DNA of 64,000 nt, taken from Histomonas meleagridis 2922-C6/04-290x (lineage: Eukaryota > Protista > Parabasalia). Position 1 is the first letter of the stretch; every line of letters begins with the position of its first letter. The notes beneath the pieces are model-generated. The model worked only from the letters and a program-made list of their open reading frames with translations, was not told where the DNA came from and did not search any database. This document shows, piece by piece, positions 32,846 through 43,662 of this stretch. Location: NCBI GenBank assembly GCA_020184695.1, contig JAANOX010000011.1, positions 124,001 to 188,000 on the forward strand, read 5' to 3'. The translations under genes and the position numbers were made by a program.

Positions 32846-35059
32846 TTATTCATTTTTCATTGACCTAAGTTGTTTCATTAGCATTTCCACACTTATCATT
32901 TTCCTAATCTCTTCTCTGACCGCCTGCATTGGATCTTCTCCTGTTACGTCCCCGCATTCCTTCAAGATGTCAAAAATTTCAGTTGAGTAATTTGTAAATT
33001 CTTTCATCACTTCAAAACTTTCTTTGATCGTCGCCGTCGGCTCTTTATCAGATTCGTTCTCTTCATTCGAAAACATTCGTCCAGAGCTATTCGGAAGTAC
33101 ACTAAAGAACTTATCCGAAATTTCTGGATACATATCAATTGATCCTTGTTGACCAAATTTCTCAACAAAACGTTTCTTAATAAGATTTAAATTATGGATG
33201 ATTCGTCCTCGTTCTTGCATGTCAGGAACCTCTAATATGCTCTTAACGTCCGCTTCGGGCCAGATTGCATGCTTAACGGTCGCCAGTTGGATGCATTTGT
33301 CAATGACACTGAAAAATGCTTGCGGTGATGATGGGGAGAAACTATTGAAGTTAAGCTCATTATATGTTCTGTCAGGGAAATCAAGAATTTCATTGATAAA
33401 TGTTTCGCCAAGTCTTTGATTGGATACATCTAGGGATTCAATTGGATTTTTAGTCAGGATTTCTTTGACATATCGTGGAAGTTCTTGAAGAAGTGGTTGA
33501 GTGGATTTAGATGATATTGAAAAGATTTTTAATGTTCCTATTGATGAAACGTTATCAAGATAATGAAGAGTACTATCATTTAATGAGTTGGATAATGATA
33601 ACTCTGTAAGATTTTGATTTTGAATAAATTGGATAAATTTATCATTAACTTCATTATCTTCCCAAATTAAACCAGTCAAAAAAGGAATTTTAAGGATGGC
33701 AATTCCATCGAAGAAAATGTTTTTTGTTTCTTCATCAATTTGTGCTGCTGATAAGTCAAGACGAATGCTTTTATTAGCATTTGTTTCTAAACTTTTGAAT
33801 AAAGAAAGTAATGACTCACCACTGAATTCGCAACATGAAAGACAAAGATTCGACAAGGATGAAAAAGTATGTTTTGGCTGTACCTCTATCGGCCGTTTAA
33901 ACGTATTACCTTTCAAATCCAAATTCAATATACCCGTATCGATTGATAATAAAATTGACAAAAACTGATCAATTTGAATACCGCATTTTGTTGCAGATAA
34001 CGTTTTGATGCACTTTTTCTCAATTACCCAAGCGCACGTTACCAACTGAATCAAGTTAATGGGGAAAAGCTCTTGTTCAATATTCCTAAATAATATTGTT
34101 TCTAAGCTATGGAAACACTCATCAAAGAATAAGGCTTGGAAAAGAATATCAAGAGTTTCAGAACAAAATTGACAGCTTTGAAATGAAATAAGCTTAATCT
34201 GAAAATTATACTTGGAAAAAGATTCAAAGAAAACCTTTGACTCTACTTTGGAAAAATCACAGTTGGTGAACTCAAAGTCCGTGATATGATAGAAATATTT
34301 TGATGAAAAGAATAGATAATTTGTTTTGGTATTAAAATCAATATCTATCATGGATATTCTTGTGACGTCTCGTGACCCCTTTAAGAGAGTACGAAAATAT
34401 TCAGAAATAGACTCCATACTGAGATTTCTGATTGTAATTTGATTAATTTCTTTGCCATATGAAACAGCAAAAATCATCGGCTTTAAGAATTGGCTTGATA
34501 GAGTTTCTTTTGTAAACTCAAATTTGGTGCTATTTTTAACAAAATTTGCATAGATAGAAATTAGTTCGTCAATGCAATTTTCGCCTGTAAAATAATCTAA
34601 AACTGCGCCTAAAAATCTGTCTGCAAGAATTGTGGTGGATTGGAAAGGGGAAAAAAGATTAGCAAAATCATTTTGTAGATCTGGATCAATAGTAACCTCA
34701 ATTGGTAATTTTGAATGAACAAACAATCCCTCTCTTAATGAATATATTGCAGAAGCTATTTTAATATGATCTTGATGTATAATGGTGATTTCAGTGTTTG
34801 ATGAACCAATAGTTAAATCTTCTTTTGTAAGTTTTATTAAATTCATTTCAATAAATGAAATTTGGCTTAAGACACTATATGATTTGTGCATTGCTTTTTG
34901 TGTCAATAAGAAAACACCTGAAATAGCAACTATTAAATATTTTTCTTTTCCAGAATTCCGTCCATTTGCTAACTCTACCTTTTCACACAACCGAACACTA
35001 AGAGGAAATGATTTGAGAATTGGAACATTTGCAATGATTTGGTCTTTTGTTTGAATCAT
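32846..35059 (-). CDS. CARMIL-like leucine-rich repeat protein
   Basis: N-terminal PH-like segment (KEKYLIVAISGVFLL) followed by RI-like LRRs (LDLKGNTF, LCLSCCEF, LDVSNQRL). Confidence 0.6.
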   Translation of the reverse strand: MIQTKDQIIANVPILKSFPLSVRLCEKVELANGRNSGKEKYLIVAISGVFLLTQKAMHKSYSVLSQISFIEMNLIKLTKEDLTIGSSNTEITIIHQDHIKIASAIYSLREGLFVHSKLPIEVTIDPDLQNDFANLFSPFQSTTILADRFLGAVLDYFTGENCIDELISIYANFVKNSTKFEFTKETLSSQFLKPMIFAVSYGKEINQITIRNLSMESISEYFRTLLKGSRDVTRISMIDIDFNTKTNYLFFSSKYFYHITDFEFTNCDFSKVESKVFFESFSKYNFQIKLISFQSCQFCSETLDILFQALFFDECFHSLETILFRNIEQELFPINLIQLVTCAWVIEKKCIKTLSATKCGIQIDQFLSILLSIDTGILNLDLKGNTFKRPIEVQPKHTFSSLSNLCLSCCEFSGESLLSLFKSLETNANKSIRLDLSAAQIDEETKNIFFDGIAILKIPFLTGLIWEDNEVNDKFIQFIQNQNLTELSLSNSLNDSTLHYLDNVSSIGTLKIFSISSKSTQPLLQELPRYVKEILTKNPIESLDVSNQRLGETFINEILDFPDRTYNELNFNSFSPSSPQAFFSVIDKCIQLATVKHAIWPEADVKSILEVPDMQERGRIIHNLNLIKKRFVEKFGQQGSIDMYPEISDKFFSVLPNSSGRMFSNEENESDKEPTATIKESFEVMKEFTNYSTEIFDILKECGDVTGEDPMQAVREEIRKMISVEMLMKQLRSMKNE

Positions 35060-35556
35060 CCACCAAAATTACAACCTGTAAGAAAAGTGTCATTACGACA
35101 ATTATTCCATCGTTGAGCAAAATGAATGCGAAATAATCGAATTCATATTCAAAAAGTTGAAATGTTAACATTAAATCGTATACGCACGTACGCCAATCAC
35201 TTTGTTACTATATTTTCTGAAACAATAAATGAGTCGTTATGGAATAGTGTAAATTTATATATTATATTGATTATTAAAGATTTACCAAATTTAGTAACTT
35301 TTTCTTCACAATTAATTTTTCAAAAACGCATACCTAACTTGACTTAATGCATAAATTACAAATGCTTGAACTGTCAACAATTACAATACTTTCTCCACAA
35401 AAATCAGCCAAATAGTATAAAACACTCTTCAATTTACTGTAATTTATTGTTTCAGATTTTAATTTTTTTTTAACATTTAATAAGAACGAAATAAATCGAT
35501 TTTGATTTACATATCATACACATTTTTAATGTGCTTTTTATCATATACGAAAACAA

Positions 35557-36900
35557 TTACCAATCGAACGCCAACTTCTTATTACATATTCTGCATTGCG
35601 ACGGTGTCACGCACACGTTATCCCCCACCTCAAAGAACGGGAATCGCACGCTGTTATTAAAGTACTGCATGTTCAGCTCGAGTATCAGCCTTCCCCAGTT
35701 ACTCCCCATCGTTCCGACCATGTAGTCGACTTTGACGAGCTCCACCAAGTTCGCCAATGAGCTTATTGATTCCCATAGCGCGCTTTTCTCGTCGTGCGCC
35801 AAACTGTGGTCGTGGCCTCCTTTAGGCCTTGTGCAATTGTAGTATGAAATGTCATACATATCTTTGTATTGTAGGAACTCATTTAATGCTTTTGAGTCAT
35901 CGCTATTTACAAACACTGATAACTTCTTGTTGTCTGATTTAAGTTTCTTGATGATTTCCAATGGATATCGATATTTATCAGCTGGAACTAATTTCATTTC
36001 GATGTATTTCGAGCCGCGTCTTATGAACACTGATACATCGTAATGATCTTTTGGATTAACAATATATTTCTCTTTAAACTCTTTGACCCATTCCTTAAGA
36101 TTATCGTTGTAGTGACTGATGAAATAAGCAGTTTGCATTCGCCATAAGAAATAATATATTTCGGGTGGAGACGAAGTCTCAGAGAAGAATTTATTAACAG
36201 ATTCGGGTAATTGCGTCCGATTAAATGGTGGATCTTTGAGATATCGAGGGTTGGAATAATCGATTTCTTCTGGTTTAAGTTGACATGATGATAATGGTTG
36301 GAAAAAACAATCAAATCCATTCAAGCCTTTGCATTGTGAAAAATTGGAATATCTGTTTTGATCAGTGGGATCATATACAACAGTTCTGTTAAGTAATATC
36401 CCATTAGCAATATGGGCACCAATTACATGAATTATTGATCCAATGCCATTCTTCCTTAAACTTGGCAATATAATAAAGTCACGTTGACTACAATCTTTTG
36501 GATATTGATTTTCGTATATTATTCTTTGGATTTCTTCAGTTCCATAAATCCCGCGTTTTTCTATTTTTGGATATGGTTTGTCACGTTGATAATCAAAAAA
36601 GAATACTTTTTGATGCATTAAATCATATGGATATAATTGATTTAATACATTTATAATTTCTTCTTTTGTCATATTTTTGTTTAAAATCCATTCCCATAAT
36701 TTATAATGAGGATCATAGCATTTAATTGAGTCTACATATAGGTTTATTCCATTTTCCTTATAAATAATTTTCGATTGAAGATTGAAAAATACCTTAGGAC
36801 AAAAAACGAAATAAATTATTGCCAAACCAAAAGGAAACATTAGAATTTGACTTGCGCTACACTGTCTTGATACCATAATGTTCACTAAATCGCGAAACAT
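35557..36900 (-). CDS. GT23/FUT8-like glycosyltransferase, paralogue of 1874-3229
   Basis: Same motifs (NGIGSIIHVIG, SVFIRRGSKYIE, VFVNSDDSKAL, GTMGSNWGRLILEL); aligns by eye over the full length. Confidence 0.65.
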   Translation of the reverse strand: MFRDLVNIMVSRQCSASQILMFPFGLAIIYFVFCPKVFFNLQSKIIYKENGINLYVDSIKCYDPHYKLWEWILNKNMTKEEIINVLNQLYPYDLMHQKVFFFDYQRDKPYPKIEKRGIYGTEEIQRIIYENQYPKDCSQRDFIILPSLRKNGIGSIIHVIGAHIANGILLNRTVVYDPTDQNRYSNFSQCKGLNGFDCFFQPLSSCQLKPEEIDYSNPRYLKDPPFNRTQLPESVNKFFSETSSPPEIYYFLWRMQTAYFISHYNDNLKEWVKEFKEKYIVNPKDHYDVSVFIRRGSKYIEMKLVPADKYRYPLEIIKKLKSDNKKLSVFVNSDDSKALNEFLQYKDMYDISYYNCTRPKGGHDHSLAHDEKSALWESISSLANLVELVKVDYMVGTMGSNWGRLILELNMQYFNNSVRFPFFEVGDNVCVTPSQCRICNKKLAFDW

Positions 36901-37847
36901 GGGTTGTTCAGGCAATAATATTTTCAGGTCACATTGGACAGTTTTGTATTCAAAATATAAACGGGCCAAAAGGAACAAAAGTTGTTGCTGATGGCTTTGT
37001 CATTGATAAGACGAATTGGTTTGCATTTTCAAAGCGTTGGATGTTTTAAAAATCAAATATAATATTTTTTCTGATTTAAACCAAATTTTAATGGATGACC
37101 CAAAGTAAATGTTCTTAATTAAGATTCTTAATGATAGCCGATAATTTTGTTTAGCATTGGATAATTCGTACTTTGCGTCAAGACGTTTGAAAAATTTTTG
37201 CCATGCTGAACTTGGTTGAAATTATTTGTACAAATAAAAATGCCAACTGTTGATTTGATATCTCATTCTGGAAATGAATAGTTTATTCGGTATGATCATT
37301 CCCAAATTAAATGAAAAAATCTGTTTTTCACAGAAAAAAACCATCGTCATTATGAAATTCCTATCGTTTGTCCACGGATTTTCCTCATTGACTTTACTGG
37401 CAACTTCTTCTGTATATTTTTTAAGGATATAGAAGCGTCTACCAGCTAAACGTGTCAGATCCGAAACATCGCGTCACTTTCCCTATCGGCTCTGGGTGAG
37501 AAAAATTACTTTTTTGTGCTTTAGACAATATTTCAAAGGATAGATGAAAATAAACATCATTAATGAAGAATTCTTAATGATGGGGAAAGGTTCGTTTGGA
37601 TGTTATGTATTGGTATACGTTCGAATGGTTCAAGCTCTCATGAACTGATCAGTTCACAAAAATATTTTTTGTGAAGTTTGTCATATTTGAGAAACGTTCA
37701 AATATGGAATTTTTGGATGAGACGATCATTTTTCTCACAAATGCAAAGGGTGCCCCAATAACAAGGAAATTTTATAGAGACCGTTTAGACAGTAATTATA
37801 AAAACTTAAGAAAATCCTTAAATTTATATATCACAAATAAATATGAT

Positions 37848-39956
37848 CTATGCCAAGTAGCGTAATTTATCCTTACCAAAATATTCTATGTATTCTCTAG
37901 CAATCAATGATTCTATTCTCTTATGTATATCTTCACTTGAAACACTAAATCTTGTAGCTAATGCATTCTTTACGAGTGCGTCAATATCTCTTAAGTTGAC
38001 GACTCTTTTCTGTTTCATTTCTCTGACAATGACAGAATCCATCATATTATTTTTCGTATCATTTACAAGTTTAGATTCTGCTATTTCGTCCCTTATAGCT
38101 GGTTGTTTAAGCTTTACTATTCGGTCATATCTGAAATCTTGGTTCATTACGTAAACATCTTCTTTCAATCTTAAAACTGGCGCAGTTTCATCAGCCATTG
38201 CTTTTAATGCGGCAACAGCGAATTGTTGACCAATATTAGGCTCTAAAGATGTCTCTGCTATAAGTATATGTTTGTTAAAATATAGTAAAATTTCAGCTTG
38301 TACACCAGTGCACACAAAAACATAACCGTTAACCGTATCGCGAACGTTAACAAACCAATGGTTTATGGGAAAGTGCAAAACGCGTCCTGTGAAAAGTTTG
38401 TTGTATTTGGTTGTTATCTCGGAAGCAACGTCTGAAAGAAGTAGAGGATTCGGATAAGGTGGATGAAATGGCCATGCAGACGTATTTACAATAAGAACTG
38501 GGCCAATATGAAGATTAACTGATTGTTCAGCCCCATTAATAAGCATTTTAAGCTGAGATAAATCAAATTTGTCAGAAATGTGAAGAAGTTGTGCATAAAT
38601 TTGTGTTTCTTGATCAATCTGAAGATCATAATTTTTAACAAGACGACGTGCTGCATGGCGTGTATGTACTGAAATCAGCTCAGTCTTTTGTTCGAAGTAA
38701 TTTAACAATTCTTTGAGATCAGATATATCTGGTGAATCTTTCAGTGCTTCTGTATTTATCCTTCGAAGGACATTTATAATAATATTTTTCGTTTGAGAGT
38801 TAACTAACTTATAAAGACCATTATGGATCATCTTTTTGTACTTTATATTTGAAGCAAAACATTTATCACAAATCAAATGATAAAATGAAATAGCTTCAAT
38901 TAATTTATCTAGTTCAGTAGGTTCTTCGCTTATTTGTTTTAAAACATTTTCGATGATCAAATCGCATGTTGTTAAGTTGTATTGACATAAAGCAAAAAAT
39001 TGCGTTAAAACGGTTATTTCTCTTTTTGATATAATAACCGGGATTTTTGAGAGACAGAATTGAATTACGGCGGTTTCCGGATTTGTGAGTTCGTTTCGAG
39101 CTTTGCTCTGAAGTATGGAAGCTGTGTTTTCATCGATGATAAGCTTCGTAGCTATGAATTGAGCTTGAAGAAGTCTGTTTGATTCCGTAATGTAAAGCTT
39201 AATATTATCAATATCATTTGCAGGTTCATCGACAATCTGTTGAACAAGAGAAGGAGAACCAGAAAAACTTTCACTATCATTGACAGATTCACTGCTTTGA
39301 GTTGGCTGGTAGAAATTTGTTGAAAATTGGTGGAAATATGATATGCATCTTTGCTCAATACCAGTGGAAAGAGTTCTTAATTTTTGCGGCATCGCTTTTA
39401 TAAGCAATTGTTTGACATGAGTGGTGCTAATGAGTAAGGGATTTGTTTTGAGCTCTTCTTCATTTATTCTTAAATCAAGAAAATTGTCATAAATTAAAAT
39501 AATAGATTCAATTATCAAGTTAAGTGAATCTGATGACTTTATTTCCTTGAGAAAAATCTCTTCGAGATATTCAAAAAGAGTATTTTCTCCAGAGCGAATG
39601 ATGAAAATGTGCGCAAAAATTGAAGCTAATGACGAAGCAATTAAAACAAAATTCGAGTGAACATTACCGATTTTGTTGATGTATTCAATTGCTTCTTGCT
39701 TAGAATTTTCTGAATCAATATCAAAATTTTCAACCAAAACAAAATAATCATGAATATATTTTTGGAATTTCTCCTCTACCATACTTAGCAGATCATTCCC
39801 ATAACCAAAGCTACATATTAAATATATTTTGTAGCAATAATCAATAAAAGAAATTGATTCTGTTTTCCCATCTAAAATCAGATCAACAAGCGTTTCTATT
39901 TCCTGAAATTGATCTTTTGTAGGGTTACTGAGTTCAGGCATTTTGCTTGCGATCAT
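37848..39956 (-). CDS. Cullin family protein
   Basis: VNTSAWP cullin-homology motif and C-terminal neddylation domain DSVIVREMKQKR...IESLIAREYI. Confidence 0.85.
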   Translation of the reverse strand: MIASKMPELSNPTKDQFQEIETLVDLILDGKTESISFIDYCYKIYLICSFGYGNDLLSMVEEKFQKYIHDYFVLVENFDIDSENSKQEAIEYINKIGNVHSNFVLIASSLASIFAHIFIIRSGENTLFEYLEEIFLKEIKSSDSLNLIIESIILIYDNFLDLRINEEELKTNPLLISTTHVKQLLIKAMPQKLRTLSTGIEQRCISYFHQFSTNFYQPTQSSESVNDSESFSGSPSLVQQIVDEPANDIDNIKLYITESNRLLQAQFIATKLIIDENTASILQSKARNELTNPETAVIQFCLSKIPVIISKREITVLTQFFALCQYNLTTCDLIIENVLKQISEEPTELDKLIEAISFYHLICDKCFASNIKYKKMIHNGLYKLVNSQTKNIIINVLRRINTEALKDSPDISDLKELLNYFEQKTELISVHTRHAARRLVKNYDLQIDQETQIYAQLLHISDKFDLSQLKMLINGAEQSVNLHIGPVLIVNTSAWPFHPPYPNPLLLSDVASEITTKYNKLFTGRVLHFPINHWFVNVRDTVNGYVFVCTGVQAEILLYFNKHILIAETSLEPNIGQQFAVAALKAMADETAPVLRLKEDVYVMNQDFRYDRIVKLKQPAIRDEIAESKLVNDTKNNMMDSVIVREMKQKRVVNLRDIDALVKNALATRFSVSSEDIHKRIESLIAREYIEYFGKDKLRYLA

Positions 39957-40304
39957 TTATTTCCAGCACTTGTTCTTGTGGATCTTTTACCTCTTGCCAC
40001 TTTTTCCATATTTTATTTTTCTCACTTCAAATAAACTATTCAATATAATATCACCAAATTAGAAAGTTAATGTTATATTTCCAGCTTTATTTTCCAAGCA
40101 AACAAATTGTAAACAACGATTTTTGTGAATAATCAATGTTTGATAATACATGTGATTTAAAAATAAGATTCTTTCTATTTTGCAAAATCTTTACTATTAT
40201 AACATAAAAGAAACATAATCATTTGAACTTATAATTTCTCAAGTTCATTAATTCTCAAGGAAAAAATATGATATTATGTACATAATTACATTTTATATTA
40301 CATT

Positions 40305-42104
40305 TCACTTTCCTTCATTTTCTTTCGCAAATGCTGCCTTCAGTTGTTCCTTTAAGATTCTTGGTGCTGATATCAAATATTTATCCACCACTGAGCCTAC
40401 GATTGCATGCACTTGAATCAACAATTCAAATGCTTGTTGTCTTACTTCTGCTTTTCTCGATTCCAAACATGTTACTGCCAGTTTCATCACGTCGGGCGTT
40501 TTTATCTGTTTCCCTAATCCATGTTTCTCAATCAAGACCTTTAGCAGTGATAATTTTGCTGACAGTGCCAAGTATTGGTTTGATGCATTCGGCGGTTTCA
40601 CTGCAAATTGACTAACTTCGTTCAGAGCACTTTTTTCTTTATCGATGCTCCACAACACAAAACGATTTGCAGCTTCACTAATTCGAGGGTTTGTGTCGCT
40701 CATTTTCGTAAGCATCAATGGAAGAAATTGATGTACAAAAGATGACAATTCGACTGATGGAAGTTCAATTGAATCAATAAGACTAATCGTGTCTTCAATA
40801 GATGAACAAAATACTGCTTTGAGTCCACTTTTGAAACGCTCTCTGGTAAGAGGAGCTAGAGACTTAAATGCTTTAGTTTTGTCGCTGGATGATTTTAATC
40901 CTTTAATAAGTTCGCAAAGGCGCTTATACCCGTTGACTTTATGACTCCAACCGGATGAATACGCTTCAGCAACAGGAGATTCGCCAAAAAGATTGATAAG
41001 GAATTCAGCTTCAGATCGATGTGCATCTGAAAGCGTATCAACATTTTCCTTTGGTGGCTCTGAACTGAAGTCAACGCGTTTTCGACCTATATGCTGTGCG
41101 CGTTGTTTTTTAGGCCGATTAAGTGGCTTTGATTCATTCGATGGAGGAGGATCAACTTTTTTATGAATTATACGGGGCGATTTGGGCCCTTTGCGAGCGA
41201 AAGGCGGAGGGGCTATGGGAGGCTGAGCGGAAGACTCTGTAAGAAAAACAGATTTGGATGATTCGGAATTTGCAGGATGCTCAGGAAGAGAGTCTGAGTC
41301 AGAATCTGGCGGAGGGTTAAGATCAGGACCAGGAAGAGGGCGATCTACTACTTCGGGCGGTGGGGAATAATTAATATTGATTGGAGGAGAAATGAATTTG
41401 GATTGACTTGGGGTAATAAGATCAAGGATCTTCTGTACAATAGATTCTGCTGTGAGATAATCTTCAGATGAAAGAGCTTCAGCTTTTTGATTGAAAAGAT
41501 TTCGGATGAGAGCTTCATTCTTGGAAATGTTGTCAAGCTCTGTTTTGTAGTCTGCGGCGGCTGTGTAATCCTCTATTTCAACAGCGGCAAGTTTCTTTGA
41601 TGTTAAGTCAGATATCAAAACTTCAAGAGATGTCATTTTTGGCTTTGTATAATACCTTCCATTAATCTCTAAAGAAATAAAAGATGACTGATGGAATTGA
41701 TTTAATGGGCATTGATGACATTCAGAAATTATCATTCTTAAATAAGAAATTGTTTTATTATCAATCATGATTCGTTTTAATTCTCTGGCCTTCCATTGGC
41801 TTATGTAATTTGGGTGAAAATTAAAAAATCCAATTGATTCCCAATTTGTTGTTTTGTCAACTTTTTGATTTGTTGTTCCATATAAATCAACTCTTTGAGG
41901 AATCATATATTGGTGACTAACTATTTCTATCCCTGTTAATATGAATTTCCCTTTCAAGTCGATAATAACGTCAATTGGATAATTTGGATTTTCAGAAGAA
42001 ACCCATCCTGAAACCACATCGTTTCTGAAGAGGTATTGGAATGGATGATTTGGATCTTCGCTTGAACAATAAAGAACCTCAAACTTTAGTGTGGAAGCAT
42101 CCAT
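40305..42104 (-). CDS. CEP104: CEP104-like centriolar/ciliary protein
   Basis: N-terminal jelly-roll (SSEDPNHP...GWVS...YPIDVIIDL...SHQYMIPQRV), AVEIEDYTAAADYK coiled coil, Pro-rich linker, TOG-like C-terminus. Confidence 0.75.
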   Translation of the reverse strand: MDASTLKFEVLYCSSEDPNHPFQYLFRNDVVSGWVSSENPNYPIDVIIDLKGKFILTGIEIVSHQYMIPQRVDLYGTTNQKVDKTTNWESIGFFNFHPNYISQWKARELKRIMIDNKTISYLRMIISECHQCPLNQFHQSSFISLEINGRYYTKPKMTSLEVLISDLTSKKLAAVEIEDYTAAADYKTELDNISKNEALIRNLFNQKAEALSSEDYLTAESIVQKILDLITPSQSKFISPPININYSPPPEVVDRPLPGPDLNPPPDSDSDSLPEHPANSESSKSVFLTESSAQPPIAPPPFARKGPKSPRIIHKKVDPPPSNESKPLNRPKKQRAQHIGRKRVDFSSEPPKENVDTLSDAHRSEAEFLINLFGESPVAEAYSSGWSHKVNGYKRLCELIKGLKSSSDKTKAFKSLAPLTRERFKSGLKAVFCSSIEDTISLIDSIELPSVELSSFVHQFLPLMLTKMSDTNPRISEAANRFVLWSIDKEKSALNEVSQFAVKPPNASNQYLALSAKLSLLKVLIEKHGLGKQIKTPDVMKLAVTCLESRKAEVRQQAFELLIQVHAIVGSVVDKYLISAPRILKEQLKAAFAKENEGK

Positions 42105-42284
42105 CCAATTCAGGATTTCGTTATATTCAATTTTTTATATGACTTATCACAAAACTTCTTTTGAATAGTTTACATACATTAAATTAAACGTATTCAACAA
42201 AATTTTTTTTCTTTAATTCCAAAAATAATTTAAATCAGTTAAATCAACTACTAAATGTTGCAACAAAAGATATCTTTTATAAAC

Positions 42285-43484
42285 TTAAAATGCTAAAAGT
42301 AAACTATTAAGATTTGCATCGAATCTTCTAAATGTGAGAGCGCCGATCATAAAGAATATAATACCTAAAATGAGAGATAAAGGTAAAGCAGGAAGAGGCC
42401 TTTTCAGCCATGCCAAAATTAACAATGTGAGTGAAAGTCCCAAAATAACAGCAAAGATACAAAGGATTGTCAAATCCCATCCTTGCCTTGCTGCTCTTGT
42501 TATAAGAATACCATAGAAACAAAAATCACCTAAACCAAGTCTAACGCCATCACGTTCTTTCTTTGGTGGAGGTGGAAGAACAAAAGATTCTTCTGGCGGT
42601 TGTGGAACAAGGTGGGGAACGTTAAGAGTTTGATGCTCTGTTTCGTTATGCGAACCTTCATCGTGATTACTTTGGGTGCTTCTAGGTGATAAAGAAGATG
42701 ATGATGATGATGAGGTAGATTGAGAATCATTAGAATATTCTGATAGTTCTGATTCTGACTCTTCATTAGATTCCTCAGAGTCATTACTTTCAGGCATATG
42801 ATATGCAGCTGAGGCATATACAAGAGCTGGAATTTCATCACCTCTTTCTTCAGATTTTTTGATGAGCATATTCAAAAGTCCAAATGGACAAAGAACAACA
42901 CAGCAATCATAGATGACAAGAAGCGCAAGAAGGATCCAAACAGTCCAATCTGGAAGGCTAAGGAAAACAATGGCTATAAGAACGGAAATGAAAATCAAAA
43001 TTATTTGTGTAACAATTTGTGGAGCTCTCCAAAATATGGACATATTACCAACAACGACAAGGTTGAGGATAAAGATGGCACCGGAAAGGTAATCTGTTGG
43101 TATATTGAGAACTGCTGGAATTTGAGAAAATGTTTGATAAACATAATATGAAAGAATAAGAGTAACTGCAATAATCATCCAAACATAAATAACTTTAGTA
43201 CAGCCATGATAATAGCAGAGGAGTAAGATTGCTGTAACAATAATGATACCACCAATTAATCCAAGAGCAAGGTATATTGAAGTTGCAGTATCAATTCCCA
43301 TATTTTGGTAAACCATTGTTTGTGAGAAACTTCGATCATATGAAGTTGAGCCATGTGTATTTTCAATAACTCTAGTTAAAATTACGTCAAAAATAAGAGT
43401 AACAATAACAGGAATTGCAATCTTTATAACGCGATATGATTGATCTTCGAGAAATTCGGTGATGTCTTCATTTTCGGATTTCAT
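42285..43484 (-). CDS. PSEN: Presenilin (GxGD aspartyl intramembrane protease)
   Basis: VIYDCCVVL (YD), LGLGDFCFYG (GxGD) and PLPALP (PAL) motifs with multiple TMs. Confidence 0.95.
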   Translation of the reverse strand: MKSENEDITEFLEDQSYRVIKIAIPVIVTLIFDVILTRVIENTHGSTSYDRSFSQTMVYQNMGIDTATSIYLALGLIGGIIIVTAILLLCYYHGCTKVIYVWMIIAVTLILSYYVYQTFSQIPAVLNIPTDYLSGAIFILNLVVVGNMSIFWRAPQIVTQIILIFISVLIAIVFLSLPDWTVWILLALLVIYDCCVVLCPFGLLNMLIKKSEERGDEIPALVYASAAYHMPESNDSEESNEESESELSEYSNDSQSTSSSSSSSLSPRSTQSNHDEGSHNETEHQTLNVPHLVPQPPEESFVLPPPPKKERDGVRLGLGDFCFYGILITRAARQGWDLTILCIFAVILGLSLTLLILAWLKRPLPALPLSLILGIIFFMIGALTFRRFDANLNSLLLAF

Positions 43485-43662
43485 TTAGTGACCGGCTTTT
43501 TCAATGAATAATGATCGCACAAAGAATTCAATGATTTACATATAATGAATTCAAAAATCTTTTCAATTGAAAAATTGATATCAATTTTCGATGGTTTATT
43601 CAGAAGTGATTTTGTTTGTCTTGTCTTACAACAAATCTTTACTTCGAATATTAAATTTGTGT

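Noticed and set aside
35074-35096. GT...AG mini-intron upstream of the CARMIL-like gene
   Set aside because: An in-frame TAA lies between it and the ATG, there is no upstream exon, and no ACTAAC branch motif.
37580-37865. Protein-kinase relic (GKGSFG ... HKNI ... MEFL)
   Set aside because: The motifs are too close together, there is no VAIK/HRD/DFG, and the frames are broken; this cannot be separated from chance.
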